64,000 nucleotides of DNA from Maridesulfovibrio sp. (GTDB taxonomy: Bacteria; Desulfobacterota; Desulfovibrionia; Desulfovibrionales; Desulfovibrionaceae), in contig NZ_OY780933.1 in assembly GCF_963676065.1 (NCBI RefSeq), positions 2,332,122-2,396,121 on the forward strand, read 5' to 3'. This document shows positions 1 to 8,764 of this stretch, in pieces. Every line of letters begins with the position of its first letter. Position 1 is the first letter of the stretch. The notes under the pieces are model-generated. The model was given only the letters and a program-made list of their open reading frames with translations, had not been told where the DNA came from and did not search any database. The position numbers were made by a program, and so were the translations under genes.

Positions 1-118
1 AGCCGGGATTGATAATGTTAAATGAAAAGGATGCCTGGGCTATTTCAGAACAGGCACGCCGCGGAAGTCCTTTTCTCAAACAAGGTAATGTTGTTATCTG
101 CATTCCCTAGGAGTAAAT

Positions 119-1315
119 ATGTCGCTAACCAGACGCAAATTCCTCAGCGCCGCTATCTGCGGTGGGCTGAGCTTTTTTGCCTATCCGGCTCTTGCCAAAG
201 ATTTCTTCGCTGAATTCGAGCAATCAAAAAACAACAATTTTAATGAATTCGAAAGCTTAGTTCAAGAGCGGTTTGCCGAACTGGACAGGATGACCAGAGC
301 TGCATATGCCAATGCTCGTGACAAAATTGAACCTAAGTGGGGATATTCTGAAGCAATATTGCCTTCTGCCACACGCTGGGTTGGTTATGATGATGAATCC
401 AATGGACGCATTATGGTGGACTACGAGCGGCAGATTGTGAGCATTGAAGCCATTGTCCCTTCAGGTACTTCAAAACGGCATGAGGCGAAATGGATTGAAG
501 AACTTGGAACAAAGCTGCTTGATAAACGGACTAAAGAACAAAGCAGAATGGACCCGGTCCGGGAAAAGCTGCCGAGGTTTAAAGAAAACACGGAAAAATT
601 TTCTGTAGGGCGGGAAAATCTGGCTGATGCAGGTTCACTCATTCTAAAGGAAGGGCTGTCCAAAAACCCCAGGACCATTCGACAAGCGATACGTAAACAG
701 GGCAGAATCAGCAAACGTCCACTGGATAGTTATGAGCAATCAGCTGAAATTGTATCTGTTCAAATTCAGTTTGACCCAAAAGTAAATCGTCTTTCAAGCG
801 AAATATTAAAAAGGCCGGTGCAAAGATATTCCAAAAAATACAGAATCCCCGCAAATTTGATTTTCGCAGTGATCGAAACCGAGTCAGCTTTCAACCCTAG
901 AGCAATTTCTTCCGTTCCGGCATATGGCCTGATGCAACTTGTTCCCAGAAGCGGCGGAGTTGATGCCTATGAATTTGTTTTCGGCAATAAACGTGTAGTT
1001 GAAATGGAATATCTCTTTGTTCCGGAACAAAACGTACAGCTGGGGACGGCCTATCTACATCTTTTAAATTATCGTTACTTCCGAAAAATACGGGACAAGC
1101 AAACCAGACAGCACTGTACCATTGCAGGCTACAACACCGGAGCCGGCAACGTCGCCCGGGCATTGACCGGGACAACCAGTCTCAGCAAACTGGCCAAGGC
1201 TGCAAACAAACTCTCCCCGGAAGAAGTTTATGAGCAGCTGAAAACAGATTTACCTTATGATGAAACAAGACAATATCTGGTTAAAGTTTCCGATAGAATT
1301 GGGAAATATAGCTAG
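119..1315 (+). CDS. Lytic murein transglycosylase (MltC-like, SLT domain)
   Basis: 398-aa ORF with an AGGAG RBS. Signal-like N-terminus MSLTRRKFLSAAICGGLSFFAYPALA. SLT motifs IETESAFNP, YGLMQL, AGYNTG. Confidence 0.85.
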   Translation: MSLTRRKFLSAAICGGLSFFAYPALAKDFFAEFEQSKNNNFNEFESLVQERFAELDRMTRAAYANARDKIEPKWGYSEAILPSATRWVGYDDESNGRIMVDYERQIVSIEAIVPSGTSKRHEAKWIEELGTKLLDKRTKEQSRMDPVREKLPRFKENTEKFSVGRENLADAGSLILKEGLSKNPRTIRQAIRKQGRISKRPLDSYEQSAEIVSVQIQFDPKVNRLSSEILKRPVQRYSKKYRIPANLIFAVIETESAFNPRAISSVPAYGLMQLVPRSGGVDAYEFVFGNKRVVEMEYLFVPEQNVQLGTAYLHLLNYRYFRKIRDKQTRQHCTIAGYNTGAGNVARALTGTTSLSKLAKAANKLSPEEVYEQLKTDLPYDETRQYLVKVSDRIGKYS

Positions 1316-1493
1316 AGATAAGTAAATCAGCCTGTATTTATAGGCAAAATATATGATGAACTGACCAAGGTTTTTGCTGGATATAAAAGAACTTTTTCAG
1401 GTGTTGAAAATATCAACGGAAACGACGCCTATGTTCTGAAGTATGTTTTCCAGAGTGGCGTTATACCTGTGTCCGGTGAAATTTATGTTTTTT

Positions 1494-1509
1494 AACTCGA
1501 CTTTCGGAG
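1494..1509. repeat. IS left terminal inverted repeat
   Basis: aactcgactttcggag is the exact reverse complement of 2823-2838. Confidence 0.8.
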
Positions 1510-1633
1510 ATATTTTTACAGTTTAACCAACATTCAACATGTTGAAATAAGGGCTGTTTTTAATTGAAGGGTCCTTACTGCCTTGATATTCTGTTGTTCT
1601 CACGCACCAGGAATAAAAAGGAGAAGGACTCGG

Positions 1634-2782
1634 ATGCAACGTATCTCTACCAACCACGTCCTGCAAGCCTCTGAACAACAAATTCCAAGTCGAATTGACT
1701 CTTTTTTTCAGCATTTCGGGATTGGAACCCTTGCCCATAGCTGCGGAATCACGAAAACAAAGGGAGTATCCCAAACCATTCTGTTTTCCTGCATTTTTTC
1801 TTTTCCGTTTTTCAGCCTCAATCTTTACCGATGCTTTGCAACCCAGCAGAACAAGGATTTTGCTAAAGACGCAGCCTACGATTTCTTCCGTTCAAGCCGT
1901 TTCAGTTGGCGGCGTTTCTTGCTCCGTCTGGCAGCCAAAGTCTGCGCTGTATTTCAAGAACTGACCTCGGACGACCTAGAATTGGTGTTTATGATCGATG
2001 ACTCCATCGTGCATCGTCCCCGTGCAAAAAAAATCGAGTTGCTGGCCTGTGTTTTTGATTACTCGGAAAGCAAATTTCTTAAATGTTTCCGGTTGTTGAG
2101 CTTATGTTGGTCTGACGGCAACAGCCTTGCTCCCCTAGATTTTGTCCTGTTGTCTTCTCACAATGAGAAGAAGCGAATTCTAGGTGTCACCAAGCAGGTT
2201 GATAGCCGAACCTGCGGAGCCAAGCGTTGCCAAGAAGCTATACGCAAATCCACAACTTTAATCGGCCCTATGCTGCGTCGAGCTTTATTTGCCGGAATTC
2301 GGGCCAAATATTTGCTCATGGACCGTTGGTTCGACATGCCTTCAATCATCGCTGATACAAGCGAATTTTTGCCTGTTATCTGCATGGTTAAACGCACCTC
2401 CAAAATACTTTACAGGTTTGGAGAGGAACGTTTGACCGTTGATGGAATCTTCCGCACAATCAAACAGCATCTGGATTTGGAAAAAGGCTGTCAGGCCAGA
2501 TATTTCGATGCGCTTATCGCGCACACCACCATTGTTATGATGCGGTATCTCTTCCTCGCTTTGGAACAAAGGCGAAATGACGATCCACGCATTCCCGGTC
2601 TGCTTTTACACACCTGCTGCGAAGAAATGCGCGACTTGGATTACTTGGAGTCCCTTCAACTAATCCTGATTTTAGCTTCGGTAAATTTACTGAAAAACAA
2701 GCCTGTTGCAGAGAAGTTGAGCCAAGTTATGATGGCTGAAATCCTCAAGCAAGAATTTTATATTTACGGCTTAAACAGGTAG
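1634..2782 (+). CDS. IS4-family DDE transposase (likely internally deleted or degenerate)
   Basis: ATG at 1634 follows an AGGAG RBS; the ORF track starts at TTG 1583. Motifs MIDDSIVHRPRAKKIELL, LLMDRWF, and the C-terminal LDLEKGCQARYFDALIAHTTIVMMRYLF are typical of IS4-like transposases. Confidence 0.7.
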   Translation: MQRISTNHVLQASEQQIPSRIDSFFQHFGIGTLAHSCGITKTKGVSQTILFSCIFSFPFFSLNLYRCFATQQNKDFAKDAAYDFFRSSRFSWRRFLLRLAAKVCAVFQELTSDDLELVFMIDDSIVHRPRAKKIELLACVFDYSESKFLKCFRLLSLCWSDGNSLAPLDFVLLSSHNEKKRILGVTKQVDSRTCGAKRCQEAIRKSTTLIGPMLRRALFAGIRAKYLLMDRWFDMPSIIADTSEFLPVICMVKRTSKILYRFGEERLTVDGIFRTIKQHLDLEKGCQARYFDALIAHTTIVMMRYLFLALEQRRNDDPRIPGLLLHTCCEEMRDLDYLESLQLILILASVNLLKNKPVAEKLSQVMMAEILKQEFYIYGLNR

Positions 2783-2822
2783 AAATGTCAAAGATCAAAG
2801 GGAGTTATAGAATAATCTACAA

Positions 2823-2838
2823 CTCCGAAAGTCGAGTT
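2823..2838. repeat. IS right terminal inverted repeat
   Basis: ctccgaaagtcgagtt is the exact reverse complement of 1494-1509. Confidence 0.8.
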
Positions 2839-2987
2839 TTTTAGGTAAAGAAAGATCTTATGTAATAACCTATACTTCGAAAGAAGACCGCTACAAATCC
2901 AGACAGAAGTTGTTTCGGAATGCGGTCTTAGTTTTGAAATGATTGAAGATTAAATTGCGCACTTTGGAAACTAAGCAGGGGAAATTC

Positions 2988-5453
2988 ATGGCAGAACAAG
3001 GTAGTGAACTCATAGAAAAATATGGAGCAGATTTGCTGCTTTTTACCGACAGCAGGATATTGAATGGTATTATCTGGAATTATCCCGCTTATTCGGATGA
3101 AGAGTGGGCGTTAATTTTAAAGTCCGTTTCAACAGCTGCGCGTACACGGGTTCTGGATCATCTGCCGCAGGCCAGAAGAGAGAGCGTCTCTGCTCTGAGT
3201 AAGTCAATACCTCTACCTTCACATGAGCAGTTGGCCGTTCTGATTGCCGATTTTTTAAGGTGCTATAGTTTTAGTTCTTGTCTTTTTCCCGATAAGGACT
3301 TTGATGATTTTGAGCATTTTGATAGTCCGCCGCTGAAGCCCAAATTCCTTTGGATTGAAGAATCGTACAGCTCGTTTACTGCCGACCCTGAAGACACCAT
3401 AGTTCGCTGGCTGATGATAACAAATGCCTGGCGTGAGCACGGGGGGATTGTTTTTGATTCACTCCTTGAAGCTGACATAGATATTTATACACGGGAAATA
3501 CTCATGAGAGCCATGCAGACCCCAAACAGTAAAAAGTTTGAGGTCCGGGATTTGCGTGAATCCCTGCTTGGTGAAGTTAGAAATACTCTTGAAGGAATGT
3601 CGGAACTGTTCCTTGGAATATGTAAAGGTGATAGGCCGGATAAGTTTATTGCGCTACTTGCGGATAAATTTAATCTGAAGCAGTCGGAGGTGCATCCGGG
3701 GCCAATCATGCATGAAAGCATAGTGGAAGGCCCGCAAAATACAGAGTCCGTTAATTCCATGCTCGGATTGATGGATAAAGCTTTGAATGATGGAATTCTT
3801 TCCGTTGATATTGATGTTCCTAAGATCACTTCTTCTTTTTTCCGCGATGGACTTACCCATGTGACTGACGGTTTTGAACCGGAAACACTTGAGCTTTGGG
3901 CTAAGGGGCGTATCAACCTTATTTTGCAGTATGTGGGTTGGTCTTTTGACATTGTGGAAACCGGATGCCGTTGTATTTTAGGCTCGTTTTCTCCTCATAT
4001 GACCAGAGTGGCGCTTCAGGCTCATGTTTTTGAGAAATTGCCCATGACCAGAGAAACAGGCCTGCTTCCACAAGAGGGAAACAATGAAAATAAGACTGAA
4101 TATTCCGCAATACAAGGAGATGATGGTTCCAAGTTCTTTGTGGATCAAGGCGATGATCCTGCCACCCTCTTCGGCTGGTTTGTTTTTAAATTATCTCTGG
4201 ACGAAGTGAAGTCAGGCAATCCACATGATTTTGATCAACTTTCCGTTGTTGCTGAATTGGCGTCGATGATCCCTCCTAAGCGTTGGGTTGGGATGGATTA
4301 CGTGCTTTCACAGCAGCAACGCATTGATGCTTTTCACTTAGGACTTGAATTCATAGTTCAGAGTAATGAAGAGGAAATAGGCATAAGTCTTTTGAATCTG
4401 GTCCAGAATCTTCAGCCTGATTTTGACGCACTCTCTGACAATTACACCCAATACAGGGGCATGTATCAGGAATTGGCCGGACTGAAATATTGGGACGCCT
4501 TACTTTTGGAGCGAATTGAATTTGCACAACTTCTTGGTCGGCTCAGGGCAGAAGAAATTGCATCTTTTGCTTCATCTTCATGGGGCTTTTTTGCAGCAAA
4601 TGTAGGAATGCCTGTGGGGGAACAGAGGGGGGCAGGCTGTTCATGGCAGCAGGCAAGTTCAAGTCTTCTTGCAGGTCTTGCAGACATGATTATCTCGAAT
4701 TATGATTTTAAGGTGTCAGCATGCGAGCAAAGAGACAAAAAGAGCCCTGCTGTTAGGCTTATTGATACTCTGGTCAAAAAATATGCGGATACTTTTGTCT
4801 ATGGTTCCGCTCCTGTGCATAAGAGCCTCTCCGAGAAGGTAGTTGCGGGATTGTACGTGATGGATGCGCTGGAGAGGGTCTCGGTGTTCAGCAGGCTTCA
4901 TGAGAATATAATCCTTCATGTCCTGCTGGAGCTTGAGCCGTATACAGATGATTTTGACCTGATCTGTTCTCTGCTTCCACATTTGAATCAGGAGAAGCGC
5001 GAGTCGCTTCAAACTGTTATTATTGATTCCGATTGTAAAATAGCTGTGACTTTAACCAGAGTTTTAAGTTTCGGTTTTGATCAGATGATTGAATTGTCGG
5101 ATTACCAGATTCGTGAACTGCTGAAATATGTTTCCAATGTTGATTTATGTTTGGCCCTTGCGGATGCTTCCGAGGAGTTGATAGAACTTTTTATGTCCAA
5201 CATGTCGGAAAGGGCAGGGGATATGATCAGGGAAGATATGGAAATGCAGGGTTGCAGCCTTAATCAGGAACAGGTGTTTAAGGCGAAGTATAATCTGGTA
5301 AAAGTTGTGCTGGAGTATGGTCTACTTTCATCGGAACAAGATTGCGGCCAGGATAGCAATGAGAGCATCGTGCAGCGGATTGTTGCTGTGGCCAGTGATT
5401 TTGATGATGACGACCTGTTCAGTGACCCGGACGACATCTTTAGCGAAAATTAG
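2988..5453 (+). CDS. Large soluble protein with FliG-C-like and MotA-cytoplasmic-loop-like modules; function unknown
   Basis: ATG at 2988 follows a GGGGA RBS; the ORF track starts at 2943. The C-terminal segment LALADASEELIELFMSNMSERAGDMIREDMEMQG resembles the FliG C-terminal domain. Internal GILSVDIDVPKITSSFFRDGLTHVTDGFEPE resembles the MotA TM2-TM3 loop. Acidic tail. No TM segments. Confidence 0.7.
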   Translation: MAEQGSELIEKYGADLLLFTDSRILNGIIWNYPAYSDEEWALILKSVSTAARTRVLDHLPQARRESVSALSKSIPLPSHEQLAVLIADFLRCYSFSSCLFPDKDFDDFEHFDSPPLKPKFLWIEESYSSFTADPEDTIVRWLMITNAWREHGGIVFDSLLEADIDIYTREILMRAMQTPNSKKFEVRDLRESLLGEVRNTLEGMSELFLGICKGDRPDKFIALLADKFNLKQSEVHPGPIMHESIVEGPQNTESVNSMLGLMDKALNDGILSVDIDVPKITSSFFRDGLTHVTDGFEPETLELWAKGRINLILQYVGWSFDIVETGCRCILGSFSPHMTRVALQAHVFEKLPMTRETGLLPQEGNNENKTEYSAIQGDDGSKFFVDQGDDPATLFGWFVFKLSLDEVKSGNPHDFDQLSVVAELASMIPPKRWVGMDYVLSQQQRIDAFHLGLEFIVQSNEEEIGISLLNLVQNLQPDFDALSDNYTQYRGMYQELAGLKYWDALLLERIEFAQLLGRLRAEEIASFASSSWGFFAANVGMPVGEQRGAGCSWQQASSSLLAGLADMIISNYDFKVSACEQRDKKSPAVRLIDTLVKKYADTFVYGSAPVHKSLSEKVVAGLYVMDALERVSVFSRLHENIILHVLLELEPYTDDFDLICSLLPHLNQEKRESLQTVIIDSDCKIAVTLTRVLSFGFDQMIELSDYQIRELLKYVSNVDLCLALADASEELIELFMSNMSERAGDMIREDMEMQGCSLNQEQVFKAKYNLVKVVLEYGLLSSEQDCGQDSNESIVQRIVAVASDFDDDDLFSDPDDIFSEN

Positions 5454-5498
5454 GACCAGTTGAGCTTTGTATTTATGTTTTGATTCTGGAGGTTGATC

Positions 5499-6110
5499 GT
5501 GAGCCTTGTGAGAATATTGTGTTTTGTGCTGTTAATGTTGCTTGCAGCGTGTGCCTCCCATCCGCTTGATATGTCGGATGATGAATGGGGTGCGCTCACT
5601 CTGCAACAAAAGCTTGAAGCACGTGAAAAGCAGGCTGAACTTGATTTAAAGGCCAGAGAACTGGCTGTAGAGCAGGAAAAACGAAGAAATGAGGAACGAA
5701 GAATTGCCAGAGTCAAAGAGCGTGAAGCAGATATTGCCAATGGTCTGATCGTTGAGTTCTATCCTGCTAAGGCTGCCTGTATTGGCGGCGATAAGTGCCG
5801 TCCTAGGGATGTCAATGAAATCATAATCCCTTTGCATGGGTTGTGTGCCATAGACGTTGTCCATATTTATGCCGATGACCGTGTGGGAAATCGGCATGAT
5901 GGGGTGCTTGAAGTTATGGCTGACCATTACCGTTTGGAGCGTGTCGACATCTCCAAGCGTAGCAAATGGTATCAGGTCTTTGCCGGGCGCAGGGCCCGTA
6001 ATGTGGTTTTGAAGACGGTAACTGATGATGAAGTGCAGGTTTACTGGGTCAAGGTGTTTGGTTCGCGGATTGATTCGGGCCAGATTGAATACCGGGTTAT
6101 TGAAAGGTAG
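5499..6110 (+). CDS. Lipoprotein with a charged coiled-coil segment and a C-terminal beta-rich domain; unknown function
   Basis: GTG at 5499 lies 6 nt after GGAGG. Lipobox LLAAC. E/R/K-rich stretch. 45 nt downstream of the previous gene. Confidence 0.6.
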   Translation: MSLVRILCFVLLMLLAACASHPLDMSDDEWGALTLQQKLEAREKQAELDLKARELAVEQEKRRNEERRIARVKEREADIANGLIVEFYPAKAACIGGDKCRPRDVNEIIIPLHGLCAIDVVHIYADDRVGNRHDGVLEVMADHYRLERVDISKRSKWYQVFAGRRARNVVLKTVTDDEVQVYWVKVFGSRIDSGQIEYRVIER

Positions 6111-6125
6111 AGATAGGTCGTTTTA

Positions 6126-7937
6126 ATGCTGAGTTATTTTTATATCCTTCACCGCCATCTCAAAAACATAACTCCGGTGGTTGTGGGTGTTTATACTTTT
6201 ATCCTTTTTCTGGGAGCGTTTTTCACTTTTCCTTTTTCTACTTCGCCATCAGATCTCATGGGGGTCTTTTTTTTAGGGGGGGGCGGAGCTTTAATCTTGG
6301 AAACATTGTCTTTGTTGGGCCTGATCCCTGCTTACGGCTGTGCCCCGTTTAGCGAGGGACTTATAAAGTTCGGGCTGGGGGCATTTTTTGTATGGGTTGC
6401 CTTTGATATGAGTCTTGCCGGTCAGGGAACCGCTACCATTGCTGTTATCTTTTATGTATTGACTGCTGGATTCTACGCACTCACTTTCCGTAAGCACAAA
6501 TGGTATAGTGTTGTTGCAACCGGTCCGCTCGGTTCATTTGATACTTTCATGGAAAAAATGGAATCTTCCGGGGCAGAACAATTCAAATATCTCGATAATA
6601 CGAAAGAAGGCCGCCACTATACTCTCAATAAATTTTTGGTAAATTTTAATGCTATTGAAACAGATCGCTGTACTTATACTGTGAGCAATCTGATGCCGCA
6701 GAATCTGAAATGTTTGAAAAAAATATTCGGGGAGATGGAGGGTATCACATCAATATGGGAGGGCCTTGATTTTCATAGCAACTGTCGTGTTACTAACGGC
6801 AATATCCAGCGCATATTTGATGATTCAACAGAACTTGACGAAGCTTATATCTATGGCAACGGGTTATTTCTTTCTTTACGTTCGAAAAATATTCTTTCCG
6901 GGATTCATGGTTCCCTTGAAAGGGAAGTTGGGCCGGGAAGGGGGCAGCTTCACCGGATTACCGTCAGTTTTGAACCCTATCCCCAAAAGAATGATTTTTT
7001 CCTGAACCTCAATACCCATAATCCCCAGGAGCTAGTGAAACTGCGAATAGTTAATCCTGCTGATGGTGATGAGAAAATTCAATGTCCTGAATTACTGGGG
7101 GAAAATATATCCTTTTCCGTTGTCCATGAAGGCCCGCTTGATACTTTTGGAAGTCGGTTGATTTTTAAGAAACATGGCGAAGATGGACGGGAGTATTTCC
7201 TGATCTCATACTCTTATCTTGAAGGAATTATTATCAAACCGATAAGCGGAGCCGAAGCAGCAAGTCTTCCAACTGTTTCGGTGGAAAAATACCTTGATTA
7301 CTGGAGCTGCTTTACTGCTTTGGATGCCGCTTCGAATGTTGAAGAAGAGGAGATTTTTGATCCCAATATTTTTATGGCACCGCGAGGAAACTTTATTCTT
7401 TTGGGCTATGATGAAAGTATTGATGAGCACCGTCATGCTGGAATTTTCCCGTCAGAAGGAAAAACCATTACCGAAGCTTTGAGGATAACAAAAAAATCTG
7501 ATCCAGATAATTTAGTTTATCAAGTGTATGATGAAAATGGGGACTGTCTTTTTGCTACGAACCAGAAAGCTCCTGTGAAGAGAGAGCATTTTGTGGCAAA
7601 GATGATGCGCTATAGTGGGCCCTTTTGGCATGAGTTTTTTGATGACGGCTATTGGAAGCTGCTTGTTGGAAGCTATACGTTGGCCTGGGTGGCATTAATT
7701 CCTTTGTTTGTCCCTTTTATGCAGGAGAACGGCCTGATCTTTCTGGCCTATGGTTTAATCCCTATAGCACTGGCCGGTATCCACCTGAGACTTTGGGGTG
7801 ATCTTTCACTCTATGCCACAAGCAGAGGTGGAAAGCTTAGCTGCGTTCTAGTGGGCATTTTTGGAACAATTGCCTTTACGTGTCTCTTGGCAATTTTGGT
7901 TGCTTTTCGGGTTAAATTACTCTGGTGTTTGGGCTAG
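6126..7937 (+). CDS. Polytopic membrane protein (N- and C-terminal TM bundles, about 380-aa central soluble domain); unknown function
   Basis: 603-aa ORF 15 nt after the lipoprotein gene. Hydrophobic helices at both ends. No motif I recognise. Confidence 0.6.
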   Translation: MLSYFYILHRHLKNITPVVVGVYTFILFLGAFFTFPFSTSPSDLMGVFFLGGGGALILETLSLLGLIPAYGCAPFSEGLIKFGLGAFFVWVAFDMSLAGQGTATIAVIFYVLTAGFYALTFRKHKWYSVVATGPLGSFDTFMEKMESSGAEQFKYLDNTKEGRHYTLNKFLVNFNAIETDRCTYTVSNLMPQNLKCLKKIFGEMEGITSIWEGLDFHSNCRVTNGNIQRIFDDSTELDEAYIYGNGLFLSLRSKNILSGIHGSLEREVGPGRGQLHRITVSFEPYPQKNDFFLNLNTHNPQELVKLRIVNPADGDEKIQCPELLGENISFSVVHEGPLDTFGSRLIFKKHGEDGREYFLISYSYLEGIIIKPISGAEAASLPTVSVEKYLDYWSCFTALDAASNVEEEEIFDPNIFMAPRGNFILLGYDESIDEHRHAGIFPSEGKTITEALRITKKSDPDNLVYQVYDENGDCLFATNQKAPVKREHFVAKMMRYSGPFWHEFFDDGYWKLLVGSYTLAWVALIPLFVPFMQENGLIFLAYGLIPIALAGIHLRLWGDLSLYATSRGGKLSCVLVGIFGTIAFTCLLAILVAFRVKLLWCLG

Positions 7938-8491
7938 CAGTACTTTTTATAATTAAGAATTTTTGACGCTAAACGATCAGCCAACATTTTGTTGGAATCT
8001 TTCAATTGTTCATGGATCAATTTTGCTTCTTCACGGTATTTGGCGCATTTTTCCTTTGTCCAGTAGGATGGCGGCGGCTGAAGATTTACAACCCGGTCTG
8101 CAAGTTTGACCAGTTGTGCTTCATGGGGGAGTTTCTTCAAGCGTTCGAGGCTGTCGGACATTTGGGCTTTCTTGTCAGGGAGGGATTTGTCTTTGGTTAA
8201 TCCTGTTACCCCATCTGCAACCCCCTTTCCGAACAGCTCTTCTAATTTTTCATAGGTTGTCTCTGTATCTTCAATGGTGTCGTGAAGCAAAGCGCAACAG
8301 ACCGCCAGATCGCAATCCATGTCTGACGGGCTGACAGCCAATGCAGACATTACTTCCATGGCAACAGCACCGACATGCAAGATGTATGGTTTTTCTGTTC
8401 CGGGTACACATTGCCCAAGGTGCTTTTGCGCTGCAAAGTTCCAAGCTTTCATATATGTGTCTTGCGAGATGAAATTCAAATTGTTCTCCAT
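7934..8491 (-). CDS. HD-domain (p)ppGpp hydrolase-like protein (small alarmone hydrolase type)
   Basis: AAQKHLGQ, LLHDTIEDT and KLADRVVNL are typical of the RelA/SpoT hydrolase domain. 185 aa, single domain. Confidence 0.75.
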   Translation of the reverse strand: MENNLNFISQDTYMKAWNFAAQKHLGQCVPGTEKPYILHVGAVAMEVMSALAVSPSDMDCDLAVCCALLHDTIEDTETTYEKLEELFGKGVADGVTGLTKDKSLPDKKAQMSDSLERLKKLPHEAQLVKLADRVVNLQPPPSYWTKEKCAKYREEAKLIHEQLKDSNKMLADRLASKILNYKKYC

Positions 8492-8764
8492 TTGTACGGC
8501 AATGTTACATTATATAAATAATATGTTGTCTTGCCAGGTATTTGCCGAGTTCTTCAGCTAAAAAATATGATCCGATCCATAAAAAACATTTGAAGATTGC
8601 CCAAGGAGGGGTGACTATTGGCACAAAGCCTATAAGAAAAAAGCACCCCCTATTCCAAATATTCTGTCATAAAAGTCTTTTCCTATACCTATACTGTCGG
8701 GGTAATATATTGAAATAGTATTTAAAGGCTTTGATAGCTACCCAAGCCTTTTAGTTTCAAATAA

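Larger units (their letters stand above)
1494..2838 (+). mobile_element. IS4-family insertion sequence, about 1.35 kb, probably a defective copy
   Basis: Perfect 16-bp terminal inverted repeats (aactcgactttcggag / ctccgaaagtcgagtt) bracket a single DDE-transposase ORF. No convincing target-site duplication. Confidence 0.75.

Noticed and set aside
22-213. 63-aa ORF overlapping the start of the transglycosylase gene
   Set aside because: It is out of frame with a better-supported gene that has an RBS and a signal peptide.
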